Positions 1-8,797 of a stretch of 64,000 nucleotides of DNA are shown here, piece after piece. Location of the stretch: positions 160,001-224,000 of the forward strand of contig OZ253376.1 in the NCBI GenBank assembly GCA_965261005.1, read 5' to 3'. This DNA comes from Deinococcus sp. GTDB taxonomy: Bacteria; Deinococcota; Deinococci; Deinococcales; Deinococcaceae. Under the pieces are notes generated by a model. The model did no database searches and was not told the origin of the DNA. It worked only from the letters and a program-made list of their open reading frames with translations. Within the stretch, counting starts at the first letter, position 1; each line of letters begins with the position of its first letter. Both the position numbers and the translations under genes were made by a program.

Positions 1-106
1 CGCGCCGAGATCGCGCCGAGCCGGTCCGCCCGCACATCCGCGAGCTGCACGTCGTGGTGGACATGAGCCTCGCCCGGCGGCAGGACCTTTTTCGGCAAAG
101 GCGTGC

Positions 107-1135
107 ATGCTGACCTTTGTGCTGCGGCGCCTGTTGGCCCTGCCGCTGATTCTGCTGGCCGTGACCCTGCTGATCGTGCTGGTGATGCAATTGATTCCGC
201 CCGAGCAGCGCGCCGCCGCCTACGCCACCGACCTGGCGCAGCTCAGCCGCATTCCGGAGATCATCAAGACCAACCACCTCGACGGCAACGTGTTCGAGCA
301 GTACTGGACCTGGCTGCGTCAGGCGTTGGGGGGCAACCTGGGCTACTCGCGCACCAGCGGCCAGCCGGTGCTGGACACCCTGCTCGCGCGCTTTCCCGCC
401 ACACTGGAACTCGCCCTGTACACCCTGGTGCCGCTGGTGGGGCTGGGCGTGTGGCTGGGCGGGCTGGCGGCCGTGCGGCGCAACAAGCTGGCCGACGGCG
501 TCATCCGGCTGATGGCCATTCTGGGCTACAGCATTCCCAGCTTCGTGCTGGGGGTGTGGCTGCTGGTGATCTTCTACGGCGGGCTGAATCTGCTGCCCGG
601 CACCGGCAATTTGGGCAACGACAGCGCCATCCGGCTGATGACCGGGGAGGTGCGGCACGTCACCGGGCTGGTCACGCTGGACGCCCTGCTGAGCGGGCGG
701 CTGGACGTGTTTTGGGACGCCGCTGTGCACCTGATCCTGCCGGTGTTTACCCTGCTGGTGGTCAGCAGCGCCGCGCTGATCAAGGGCACCCGCGTCAGCA
801 TGATCGACGCCTTGAGCAGCGACTACATCCGCACCGCCCGCGCCAAGGGCCTGGGCGAGCGGGCCGTGATCCGCAAGCACGCCCGGCGCAACGCCCTGCT
901 GACCGTCGTGACCCTGGCCGCGCTGAGCGTGTCCGGGCTGCTTCAGGGCGCGGTGATCGCCGAGACCCTCTACGGCTATCCCGGCGTCGGCAGCTGGGCC
1001 GCGCAGGCGGCGGCCCTGGGCGACTTGCCGGGGGTGCTGGGCTTCGCGCTGCTGACCGCCACCATCGTGGTGGTGGTCAATTTGCTCGCCGACCTGGCCT
1101 ACACCCTGGTCGACCCGCGCGTGAGGTACGCGTGA
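107..1135 (+). CDS. Peptide/nickel ABC transporter permease, DppB/OppB-like
   Basis: Hydrophobic ORF with 'DYIRTARAKGL' EAA-loop motif and 'NLLADLAYTLVDPRV' C-terminus. Confidence 0.92.
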   Translation: MLTFVLRRLLALPLILLAVTLLIVLVMQLIPPEQRAAAYATDLAQLSRIPEIIKTNHLDGNVFEQYWTWLRQALGGNLGYSRTSGQPVLDTLLARFPATLELALYTLVPLVGLGVWLGGLAAVRRNKLADGVIRLMAILGYSIPSFVLGVWLLVIFYGGLNLLPGTGNLGNDSAIRLMTGEVRHVTGLVTLDALLSGRLDVFWDAAVHLILPVFTLLVVSSAALIKGTRVSMIDALSSDYIRTARAKGLGERAVIRKHARRNALLTVVTLAALSVSGLLQGAVIAETLYGYPGVGSWAAQAAALGDLPGVLGFALLTATIVVVVNLLADLAYTLVDPRVRYA

Positions 1136-2130
1136 GCGCGACCCGGTTGCCGAATGCGGGCGCCCCCGCGCGCAAAGCTGGCGGCAGCAAGCGAATGCGC
1201 CGCCTTCGCCGCAGCCTGTCCGCTCAAATCGGCCTGGTGCTGGTCAGCCTGTTCGTGCTGACCGCGCTGCTGGCCCCGCTGCTGGCCCCCCCGCAGGGCA
1301 ACTGTCGCCGCGCGCTGAATTTGGCGGCGGGACAGGCTTACCCTGGCCCCGTCGCCTACCTGCGCGAGGTGGTCGCCACGCCGGCGGCCTGCCTTCAGAT
1401 GCCGCGTCAGGGGTTCGCGGCCCAGCCCACGCCCCCCGCCCCGGACGCGCCGCTCGGCCGCGTGGGCGGCTACGACATCCGCTACGGCTTGGTGTGGGGC
1501 ACCCGCACCGCCTTTTTTCTGGGGATCGCGGTGCTGGCGATCACCGTCACCGTGGGCAGCTTGGTGGGCCTGGCGGCCGGCTTTTTCGGCGGGCTGCTGG
1601 ACGACCTGTTGATGCGCCTGACCGACGTGATCTTCGCCTTTCCAGCCCTGGTCCTGATGCTGGTGCTGGTCGCGGCGCTGGGGCCGGGCCTACAGAACAT
1701 CGTGATCGCGCTGAGCTTTGTCACCTGGGCGGGGCTGGCCCGGGTGGTGAGATCGGAGGTGCTGCGGCTGCGCGAATTGGAGTTCGTGGCGGCGGCCTGG
1801 AGTCTGGGGGCCAGCCCCGGCCGCGTGGCCCTGCGCCACGTGCTGCCCGGCGCGCTCGGCACCCTGCTCAGCTTGGTCGTGCTGGAGATGGGCAGCCTGC
1901 CCATCGTGGCGGGGGCGCTCTCGTTTTTGGGCCTGGGCACGCCGCTGGGCTTCGCCGATTGGGGCCAATTGATCGCCCTGGCGCAGAAGTGGATTCAGGG
2001 GCCGCCCGGCCAGCCCTTCGCCTATTGGTACGTCACCTTGTTTCCGGGCCTCTGCATCGTCCTCTACAGCGTCGGCTGGAACCTGCTGGGCGACAGCCTG
2101 AGCGAAGCCTTCGATCCCCGCAACCGCTGA
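1132..2130 (+). CDS. Peptide ABC transporter permease, DppC/OppC-like
   Basis: GTG start overlapping the upstream stop (GTGA); 'LMRLTDVIFAFP', 'EFVAAAWSLGA', 'NLLGDSLSEAFDPR'. Confidence 0.9.
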   Translation: MSATRLPNAGAPARKAGGSKRMRRLRRSLSAQIGLVLVSLFVLTALLAPLLAPPQGNCRRALNLAAGQAYPGPVAYLREVVATPAACLQMPRQGFAAQPTPPAPDAPLGRVGGYDIRYGLVWGTRTAFFLGIAVLAITVTVGSLVGLAAGFFGGLLDDLLMRLTDVIFAFPALVLMLVLVAALGPGLQNIVIALSFVTWAGLARVVRSEVLRLRELEFVAAAWSLGASPGRVALRHVLPGALGTLLSLVVLEMGSLPIVAGALSFLGLGTPLGFADWGQLIALAQKWIQGPPGQPFAYWYVTLFPGLCIVLYSVGWNLLGDSLSEAFDPRNR

Positions 2131-2166
2131 TTCCCAATTCCCGCCCCATTCTCACGGAGGTTCACC

Positions 2167-3840
2167 ATGAAAAGATTCCCGCTTCCCCTCGCCCTGGCCC
2201 TGACCAGTTCGCTCGCCCTGGCCACGCCCAAGGACACGCTGGTCTACCAAATCGCCTCGGCCACCGCCAGCGTGGAACCCGCGCAGGCTGTCGTGACCTA
2301 CGACGTGCTGCCGGTCATGCAGATGTACGAGGGCCTGTACCTCAACAACTTCGGCAAGTATGAACCGCTGCTCGCCACGGGCTACACCCAGAGCAAGGAC
2401 GGCAAGGTCACCACCTTCACCCTGCGTAAGGGGGTCAAGTTCCACGACGGTTCGGCCATGACCTGCGCCGACGCCGAGTACTCGCTGCGCCGCACGCTGC
2501 TGGTAGGGGGCGAAACCTCGTTGGCCGCCCAGATTCGCGCCAACCTGCTGAACATTGCCAGCTTCACCCCGGAGGTCAAGCAGACCTACACCTTCGCCAA
2601 GCTGTCGAACATGGTCAAGTGCAACGCGGCGGGGCAACTGGTGCTGACCCTCGACCACAACGTGCCCAGCCTGCTGGATTCCATCGCCCAGGCGTACATT
2701 GTGCCGATGAAGGCGCTGGCGGCGAGCGGCGACTGGAGCGGCACGGCGAGGGACTTCGGCGCCTTTGTGGGCAAGGACGTGTCCAACTCCGTGCTGGCCC
2801 AAAAGCCCAACGGCACCGGGGCCTACCAGTTCGTGGCGCGCGATCCCAGCCGCTTCGTCATGAAGGCCTTTGACGCCTACTGGGGCGGCGCGCCCGCGCT
2901 GAAGAACGTGATCCTGCAAAAGGTGGACAGCGACACCGCCCGCGTGCTGGCCCTGCAAAAGGGCGACGCCGACATCGCCATCGTCCCCGACCGCGACACC
3001 TTGGCGAAGCTCAAGGGCGTGCCCAGCGTCAAGGTCTACGAGGACCTGCCCACCCGCGACCTGACCGGCGTGGTGCTGTTCAACCAGAACATCAAGGACG
3101 ACAAGCTGCTGCCCGCCGGTCAACTGGCCGAGAACAATATTCCCGTCAATTTCTTCAGCGACATTCACGTTCGCAAGGCGTTCACGGCTCTGTTCGACAC
3201 CAAGACTTATACCCGCGACGCCTTGCAGGGCTTTGCACTGGCCCGGAACACCACCCTGCCCCCCAACAACTGGGCCGACGACAAGACCCTGAAGCCTCCG
3301 GCCTACAACCTCAAGACTGCCGAGGCCGAGTTCAAGCAGGCCTTTGGGGGCAAGCTGTGGGCCGCCGGCTTCACCATTCCCCTGTCCACCTTCGGCGGCA
3401 GCGGGGTGTCGGTGGTGGTGGCGGGCATCTTCAAGCAGAACATCGAGCAGCTCAATCCCAAGTTCCACGCCACCGTCAGCACCTTGGAACTGAGTTCGGC
3501 CAACGCCTCGCTGCTGGGCGGCAAGCTGCCCTTCGCGGCGCTGACTTGGGGCGGGGCGGACCCCGACACCAACCTGCGCGGGCTGTACAGCGCCGGCGGC
3601 ATCCTGGCCCCGGCCACCAACATCAAGGACCCGAAAATGGAACAGCTGCTCGACACCGCCCGCGACACCGTGGGCCAGGGTGCGCGTAAACCGCTGTACA
3701 CCTCGCTGCTGACCTACCTGAACACGCAGACCTACGCCTTCCCGCTGCCGCAGCCGCTGGTCTTCGCGGCCACCACCTCGGCCCTGAAGGGCTACCCAGA
3801 GTTCAACAAGACCAATGTGTTCAAGGTGCTGAGCAAGTAA
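2167..3840 (+). CDS. ABC transporter substrate-binding protein, family 5
   Basis: GGAGG RBS, signal peptide, 'TFTLRKGVKFHDG', 'PNGTGAY'. Confidence 0.92.
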   Translation: MKRFPLPLALALTSSLALATPKDTLVYQIASATASVEPAQAVVTYDVLPVMQMYEGLYLNNFGKYEPLLATGYTQSKDGKVTTFTLRKGVKFHDGSAMTCADAEYSLRRTLLVGGETSLAAQIRANLLNIASFTPEVKQTYTFAKLSNMVKCNAAGQLVLTLDHNVPSLLDSIAQAYIVPMKALAASGDWSGTARDFGAFVGKDVSNSVLAQKPNGTGAYQFVARDPSRFVMKAFDAYWGGAPALKNVILQKVDSDTARVLALQKGDADIAIVPDRDTLAKLKGVPSVKVYEDLPTRDLTGVVLFNQNIKDDKLLPAGQLAENNIPVNFFSDIHVRKAFTALFDTKTYTRDALQGFALARNTTLPPNNWADDKTLKPPAYNLKTAEAEFKQAFGGKLWAAGFTIPLSTFGGSGVSVVVAGIFKQNIEQLNPKFHATVSTLELSSANASLLGGKLPFAALTWGGADPDTNLRGLYSAGGILAPATNIKDPKMEQLLDTARDTVGQGARKPLYTSLLTYLNTQTYAFPLPQPLVFAATTSALKGYPEFNKTNVFKVLSK

Positions 3841-3945
3841 GGGCTGAAGCCATTGCCCGCCGCGTTCTCCCTGGCGCGGCGGCAGGGAAAGCCGTTTCCC
3901 ACAACGGGTTCGCGCGTTCGTCCGCCTTCCCCCAAGGAGAATCCC

Positions 3946-5415
3946 ATGACCGCCACCACCACCAGGAGCAGCACCGAACTCGCCGCCGCCTTCGAGCAGG
4001 AAGCCAGACGTTTGCTGGACGAGTACAAAATTCCCGGCGTCACGCTGGGCCTGCTGACCCCGGACGGCGATCATGTGGTCAACCTGGGCGTCACCAGTTT
4101 GGAAAACCCGTTGCCCATCACGGAAGACACCATCTTCCAGATCGGCAGCACCACCAAGACCATCACGTCGCTGACCTGCTCGGTGCTGGTGGCGCAAGGC
4201 AAGCTGGATTTGGACGTCCCGGTCAGAACGTATCTGCCCGACTTCAAGCTGAAGGACGAGTCGGTCGCCGCCGCGCTGACCATTCGCGACGTGCTGACCC
4301 ACCAGGGCGGCTTTCAGGGCGACCTGTTCGAGGACACCGGCGACGGCGACGACGCGCTTGCCAAGGTGCTGGACATCCTGGCCGAGTCGCCGCAGGTGGT
4401 GCCGCTGCGGGGCCACTGGAGCTACAACAACGCCGGCTTTTACGTGGCCGGGCGGGTGATCGAGGTGCTCACGGGCAAGACTTACGAGGCGGCCGTGACC
4501 GAGCTGGTGTTGAAGCCGCTGGGCATGGACCACACCCTCTTCTTTCCCAACCAGGTGATGACCTACCGCTTTGCTGCCGGACACAACAAGCTCGGGGACG
4601 AGATGGTGGTGCAGCGGCCCTGGATTCTGCCGCGCTCGTCGGCCCCGGCGGGCGGCACCCTGAATTCCACCCTGCGGGACATGACCCGTTACGCCCGCTA
4701 CATGATGTCGGGAAGCATGCCCGAACCCGCAGACCGGCAGGCTGGGGCGCAGGGCGAGGACCCGGCCCCGTCCTCGCCCCTGGAAACGCTGGACCGCAGC
4801 CAGCTTTGGAAACCGTTGCGGCCCATCGGCGACGCCCTCAACGGCTTTCCCGGTGAGCGGGGCCAAATCGGGCAGAGCTGGTTTACCGATCAGTACGAAG
4901 GCGCCACCATCATCAGTCACGGCGGCACCACGCACGGCCATCAGTCGGACTTCTGGGTGTCGCCGGACCGGGGGGTGGGCTTTGTCGCCATGACCAACGC
5001 CAGCAACGGCCACGCCTACAACCGCAAGCTCAGCATTTGGATCAAGCGCGAACTGCTGAACCTCAGCGCCGCCGAACAGCCGGATCATCCCGTCAGCCCG
5101 GAAGCCCTGAGCGACTTCGAGGGGCGTTACCTGATCGTCGGGGGCGCGCTGAGCATCGGCTCGCGGGTGGAGGATGGGCGGCTGACCCTCAGCATTCCCA
5201 ACACCACGCCCGGCGCGAGCGGCACCATACCCGCCCCGCTGCGCTTTATCGGCCCTGACCGCGCGCTGGTAGTGGACGGCGGCGACCTGGACGGCACCGG
5301 CGTCGAGTTCCTGCGCGGCGCCGACGGCGGGGTGGAGTTCATGCGCATCGGGGTGCGGCTCTACCCGCTGGAAAGCCGGGAGGCCGCCCCATCGCCGCCG
5401 CTGACCGCGCTGTAA
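3946..5415 (+). CDS. Beta-lactamase/class C-fold serine hydrolase (D-peptidase-like), copy 1
   Basis: AAGGAG RBS before ATG 3946; SxxK (GSTTK), YxN (SYNN), HGG motifs; no signal peptide. Confidence 0.88.
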   Translation: MTATTTRSSTELAAAFEQEARRLLDEYKIPGVTLGLLTPDGDHVVNLGVTSLENPLPITEDTIFQIGSTTKTITSLTCSVLVAQGKLDLDVPVRTYLPDFKLKDESVAAALTIRDVLTHQGGFQGDLFEDTGDGDDALAKVLDILAESPQVVPLRGHWSYNNAGFYVAGRVIEVLTGKTYEAAVTELVLKPLGMDHTLFFPNQVMTYRFAAGHNKLGDEMVVQRPWILPRSSAPAGGTLNSTLRDMTRYARYMMSGSMPEPADRQAGAQGEDPAPSSPLETLDRSQLWKPLRPIGDALNGFPGERGQIGQSWFTDQYEGATIISHGGTTHGHQSDFWVSPDRGVGFVAMTNASNGHAYNRKLSIWIKRELLNLSAAEQPDHPVSPEALSDFEGRYLIVGGALSIGSRVEDGRLTLSIPNTTPGASGTIPAPLRFIGPDRALVVDGGDLDGTGVEFLRGADGGVEFMRIGVRLYPLESREAAPSPPLTAL

Positions 5416-5462
5416 ACCCGGAATCTCACGACTGCCCTCGCCCTTCCCCCAAGGAGAACCCC

Positions 5463-6932
5463 ATGACCGCCACCACCACCAAGAGCGGCGCCGAACTCGC
5501 CACCGCCTTCGAGCAGGAAGCCAAGCGCCTGCTCTCGGAGTACCAGATTCCCGGCGTCACGCTGGGCGTCCTGACGCCGGAGGGCGACCACTTCGTGAAT
5601 CTGGGCGTCACCAATTTGGAAAGCCCGTTGCCGATCACCGAGGACACCATCTTCCAGATCGGCAGCACCACCAAGACCCTGACCTCGCTGACCATCTCGG
5701 TGCTGGAGGCGCAAGGGAAGCTGAAGCTGGACGACTTGATCCGCCAGCACTTGCCCGACTTCAAGCTGAAAGATGAGTCGGTCGCCGCCGCGCTGACCAT
5801 TCGCGACGTGCTGACCCACCAGGGCGGCTTTCAGGGTGACCTGTTCGAGGACACCGGCGAGGGCGACGACGCCGTGGCGAGGGTGCTGGACGTGCTGGCC
5901 GAGTCGCCGCAGGTGGTGCCGCTGCGGGGCCACTGGAGCTACAACAACGCGGGCTTTTACGTGGCCGGGCGGGTGATCGAGGTCGTGACCGGTAAGACCT
6001 ACGAGGCGGCCGTCACCGAGCTGGTCCTCACGCCGCTGGGCATGGACCACACCCTGTTCTTTCCGACCCAGATCATGACCTACCGCTACGCCACCGGCTA
6101 CAACAAGATCGATGACGAGATGGTGGTGCAGCGTCCCTGGATGATGATGCGCTCGGCGGCCCCGGCGGGCAGCAGCTGCTCCTCGACGGTCAAGGACATG
6201 ACCAAGTACGCCCATTACATCATGTCGGGGACCATGCCGGAAACGCCGGAACCCGCTGAGACTACCGGCGACGCCGGGGCGGTTCAGCCCGCCGCAGCGT
6301 CACCGCTGAGCACGCTAGACCGCAGCCAGCTGTGGGCGCCGGTGCGGTCCGTCGGCGTCGGCATCAACGCCTTTCCGGGGGAAGAAGGGAACATCGGGCA
6401 GAGCTGGTTTGTCGATTCGTACGAAGGCGCCACCATTATCAGCCACGGCGGCACCACGCTGGGGCACCAATCGGACTTCTGGGTGTCGCCGGACCGGGGG
6501 GTGGGCTTTATTGCCATGACCAACGCCAGCAACGGCCACGCCATGAACCGCAAGCTGAGCGAGTGGGTCAAGCGCGAGTTGCTGGGCCTGGTGAGACCGG
6601 AGCGCGATGAGGTGAAGCTCGGCGGGGACGAGCTGGCGACCTTGGCGGGTGACTACGAGGTGACCGGGCAGACCTACAAGATCGGCGCCAAGGTGGAGGG
6701 CGGCACGCTGGTCTTGTCCATTCCCGACACCACGGCGGGCGGCACCAGGGACATGCCGGTGCGCTTTATCGCCCCCCAGCGCGCCGTCGTGGTGGGCGGC
6801 GACGCGGACGGCATCGGCGTGGAGTTTCTGACGCGGGGCGGCGAGGTGGAGTTCATGCGCTTCGGGGCGCGGCTGTACCCGCGCGAAAGCGCCGACAGCG
6901 CCGGCGCCGGCCTGCCGGTGGACGCCCTGTGA
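5463..6932 (+). CDS. Beta-lactamase/class C-fold serine hydrolase, copy 2 (tandem paralog)
   Basis: Same SxxK/YxN/HGG motifs; N-terminal half nearly identical to copy 1. Confidence 0.88.
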   Translation: MTATTTKSGAELATAFEQEAKRLLSEYQIPGVTLGVLTPEGDHFVNLGVTNLESPLPITEDTIFQIGSTTKTLTSLTISVLEAQGKLKLDDLIRQHLPDFKLKDESVAAALTIRDVLTHQGGFQGDLFEDTGEGDDAVARVLDVLAESPQVVPLRGHWSYNNAGFYVAGRVIEVVTGKTYEAAVTELVLTPLGMDHTLFFPTQIMTYRYATGYNKIDDEMVVQRPWMMMRSAAPAGSSCSSTVKDMTKYAHYIMSGTMPETPEPAETTGDAGAVQPAAASPLSTLDRSQLWAPVRSVGVGINAFPGEEGNIGQSWFVDSYEGATIISHGGTTLGHQSDFWVSPDRGVGFIAMTNASNGHAMNRKLSEWVKRELLGLVRPERDEVKLGGDELATLAGDYEVTGQTYKIGAKVEGGTLVLSIPDTTAGGTRDMPVRFIAPQRAVVVGGDADGIGVEFLTRGGEVEFMRFGARLYPRESADSAGAGLPVDAL

Positions 6933-8569
6933 CTTCGGTATGGATCACCGGCGGCACCGTCATCGACGGCACGGGCGCGCCGGGGCGCAAGGCCGATCTG
7001 CTTATCCAGGACGACAAAATCGCGCAGATCAGCGAACCCGACGGGAACGCGCCGGAAGGTGCAGAAGTGGTGGACGCCTCCGGCCTGGTCGTCACCCCCG
7101 GCTTTATCGACGTGATGAGCCACTCGGTGTCCAGCCTGCTCGCGGACGGGCTGAGCGTGGGCAAGGTGACGCAGGGCGTCACCACCGAGATCATGGGTGA
7201 GGGCTGGACACCGGCCCCGGCGGTGGCGGGCGAGGCCCACGCCTTTCCAATTCACGGCCTGCCCAATGACGACGAGCAATGGATAAAACGTGCAAAGGGC
7301 TGGAGCCGCTTCGGCGACTGGATGGCCGCGCAGGAAGAGGTGGGCGCGTCCGTCAACTTCGGCTCGTTCCTGGGGGCCACTACCGTCAGGATGATCGGCA
7401 AGGGCCACGCCCAGGGCCAGGCCACGCCGGGGGAACTGAGTGAGATGCGCCGCGTGACCCGCGAGGCGATGGAGGACGGCGCTTACGGCGTCGCCACCGC
7501 GCTGATCTACCCGCCCGGCAGCTACGCCAGCACGGACGAGCTGGTGGCGGTCTGCGAGGAGGTGGGCCGCGCGGGGGGTATCTACATCACCCACATGCGC
7601 TCGGAGGGCGCGGCGATTCTGGACGGCTTTGCCGAGGCGCTGGAGATCGCCGGGCGCAGCGGGGCGCGGCTGCACCTCTACCACCTCAAGGCGGCGGGCG
7701 CCCCGGCCTGGCCCCTGATGGATCAGTTGATCGAGCGCGTCAACACCGAGCGCGCGGCGGGCAAGGACATTCACGCTGACATGTACCTGTACACGGCGGG
7801 GGGCACGGGGCTGGCCGCCGTCGCCCCGCCGTGGGCCAGCGAGGACGACCGGCTGCGCGAGCGCCTGCGCGACCCCGAGACCCGCGCCCAGATCAGGGCG
7901 GCCATGCTGGAGCCGGACGGCAGCTGGGAAGCCATGGGCCGCCTGGCCGGACCGGAGGGGGTGTTCCCGGTGGGCCTGAGCCTGCCCGAACACGCCGAGT
8001 ACCGGGGCAAATCGCTGGCCGAGATCGCGGAGGCGCGCGGTCAGGACTGGATCGACGCGGCCCTGGACCTGATCGAGCGCGAGCCGGAGAGTGTTGGCAC
8101 CATGTACCACCTGATGACCGAGGACAACATCGAGCGCCAGCTTCGGGAACCTTGGGTGATGCTGGGGTCCGACGCGGCGGGCTACGATCCCGGCGAGCAG
8201 GAGGGGGGCTTCGCGGGCGGTCATCCCCGCGCGCTGGGCAACTTCACCCGCCTGCTGGGCGAGTACGTGCGGGAACGCGGCCTGCTGAGGCTGGAGGAAG
8301 CGGTCCACCGCATGACCGGCCTGCCCGCCGAACACCTGCGCCTGAAAGGCCGCGGCGAGCTGCGCGAAGGGTATTTCGCCGACGTGGTGATCTTTGATCC
8401 GCAGACCATCAGCGACCGGGCCACCTACGCCGAGTCGAACCGGCTCTCCGTGGGTGTGCGCGACGTGTGGGTGAACGGCGTGCGGGTTCTCAGGGACGGA
8501 CGGCATACCCGCGCCCTGCCGGGGCGCCGGCTGTACGGCCCGGGGGCCAAGGTTCCCGCCGGGGCGTGA
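6929..8569 (+). CDS. N-acyl-D-amino-acid deacylase (amidohydrolase superfamily)
   Basis: 'VIDGTG', 'VTPGFIDVMSH', 'QGVTTEIMG', 'HPRALGNF', 'GYFADVVIFDP'; GTG overlaps the upstream stop. Confidence 0.88.
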   Translation: MTSVWITGGTVIDGTGAPGRKADLLIQDDKIAQISEPDGNAPEGAEVVDASGLVVTPGFIDVMSHSVSSLLADGLSVGKVTQGVTTEIMGEGWTPAPAVAGEAHAFPIHGLPNDDEQWIKRAKGWSRFGDWMAAQEEVGASVNFGSFLGATTVRMIGKGHAQGQATPGELSEMRRVTREAMEDGAYGVATALIYPPGSYASTDELVAVCEEVGRAGGIYITHMRSEGAAILDGFAEALEIAGRSGARLHLYHLKAAGAPAWPLMDQLIERVNTERAAGKDIHADMYLYTAGGTGLAAVAPPWASEDDRLRERLRDPETRAQIRAAMLEPDGSWEAMGRLAGPEGVFPVGLSLPEHAEYRGKSLAEIAEARGQDWIDAALDLIEREPESVGTMYHLMTEDNIERQLREPWVMLGSDAAGYDPGEQEGGFAGGHPRALGNFTRLLGEYVRERGLLRLEEAVHRMTGLPAEHLRLKGRGELREGYFADVVIFDPQTISDRATYAESNRLSVGVRDVWVNGVRVLRDGRHTRALPGRRLYGPGAKVPAGA

Positions 8570-8623
8570 GCGCCCGGCTCAACACAGGCGGAAAGCCTCA
8601 AGGCTGAATTCGGCGTCTACGAG

Positions 8624-8763
8624 TGATACGGATTCTGGAAAGTCTGTCAACGAAGTTGACAGACTTTCCAGCGGAGCGGATGGAAAAAGATATGGCCCTC
8701 TGCGGTCTGGAGCAACATCGGGCGTTTTTTCCGATGTTGAGGAAGAAAGCGGAATCCGTATCA
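8624..8763. repeat. ~140-bp intergenic dyad repeat (Deinococcus SRE-like / MITE-like), copy 1, uninterrupted
   Basis: Terminal inverted repeat TGATACGGATTC...GAATCCGTATCA and two internal hairpins; homologous to 40791-40843+42150-42236 and to 43410-43547. Confidence 0.85.
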
Positions 8764-8797
8764 GTTTGGTCCCATGGCTTGTTCTTCCAAAGAGGAT

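Noticed and set aside
1..113. Possible 3' end of an upstream gene in frame 3 overlapping the permease start
   Set aside because: Too short to identify.
2152..5088. 978-aa minus-strand ORF and many other long antisense or alternate-frame ORFs
   Set aside because: Shadow ORFs of high-GC coding strands; no motifs, and they overlap well-supported genes.
3946..6932. Calling the serine hydrolases antibiotic-resistance beta-lactamases
   Set aside because: No signal peptides, HGG rather than KTG, and a catabolic operon context.
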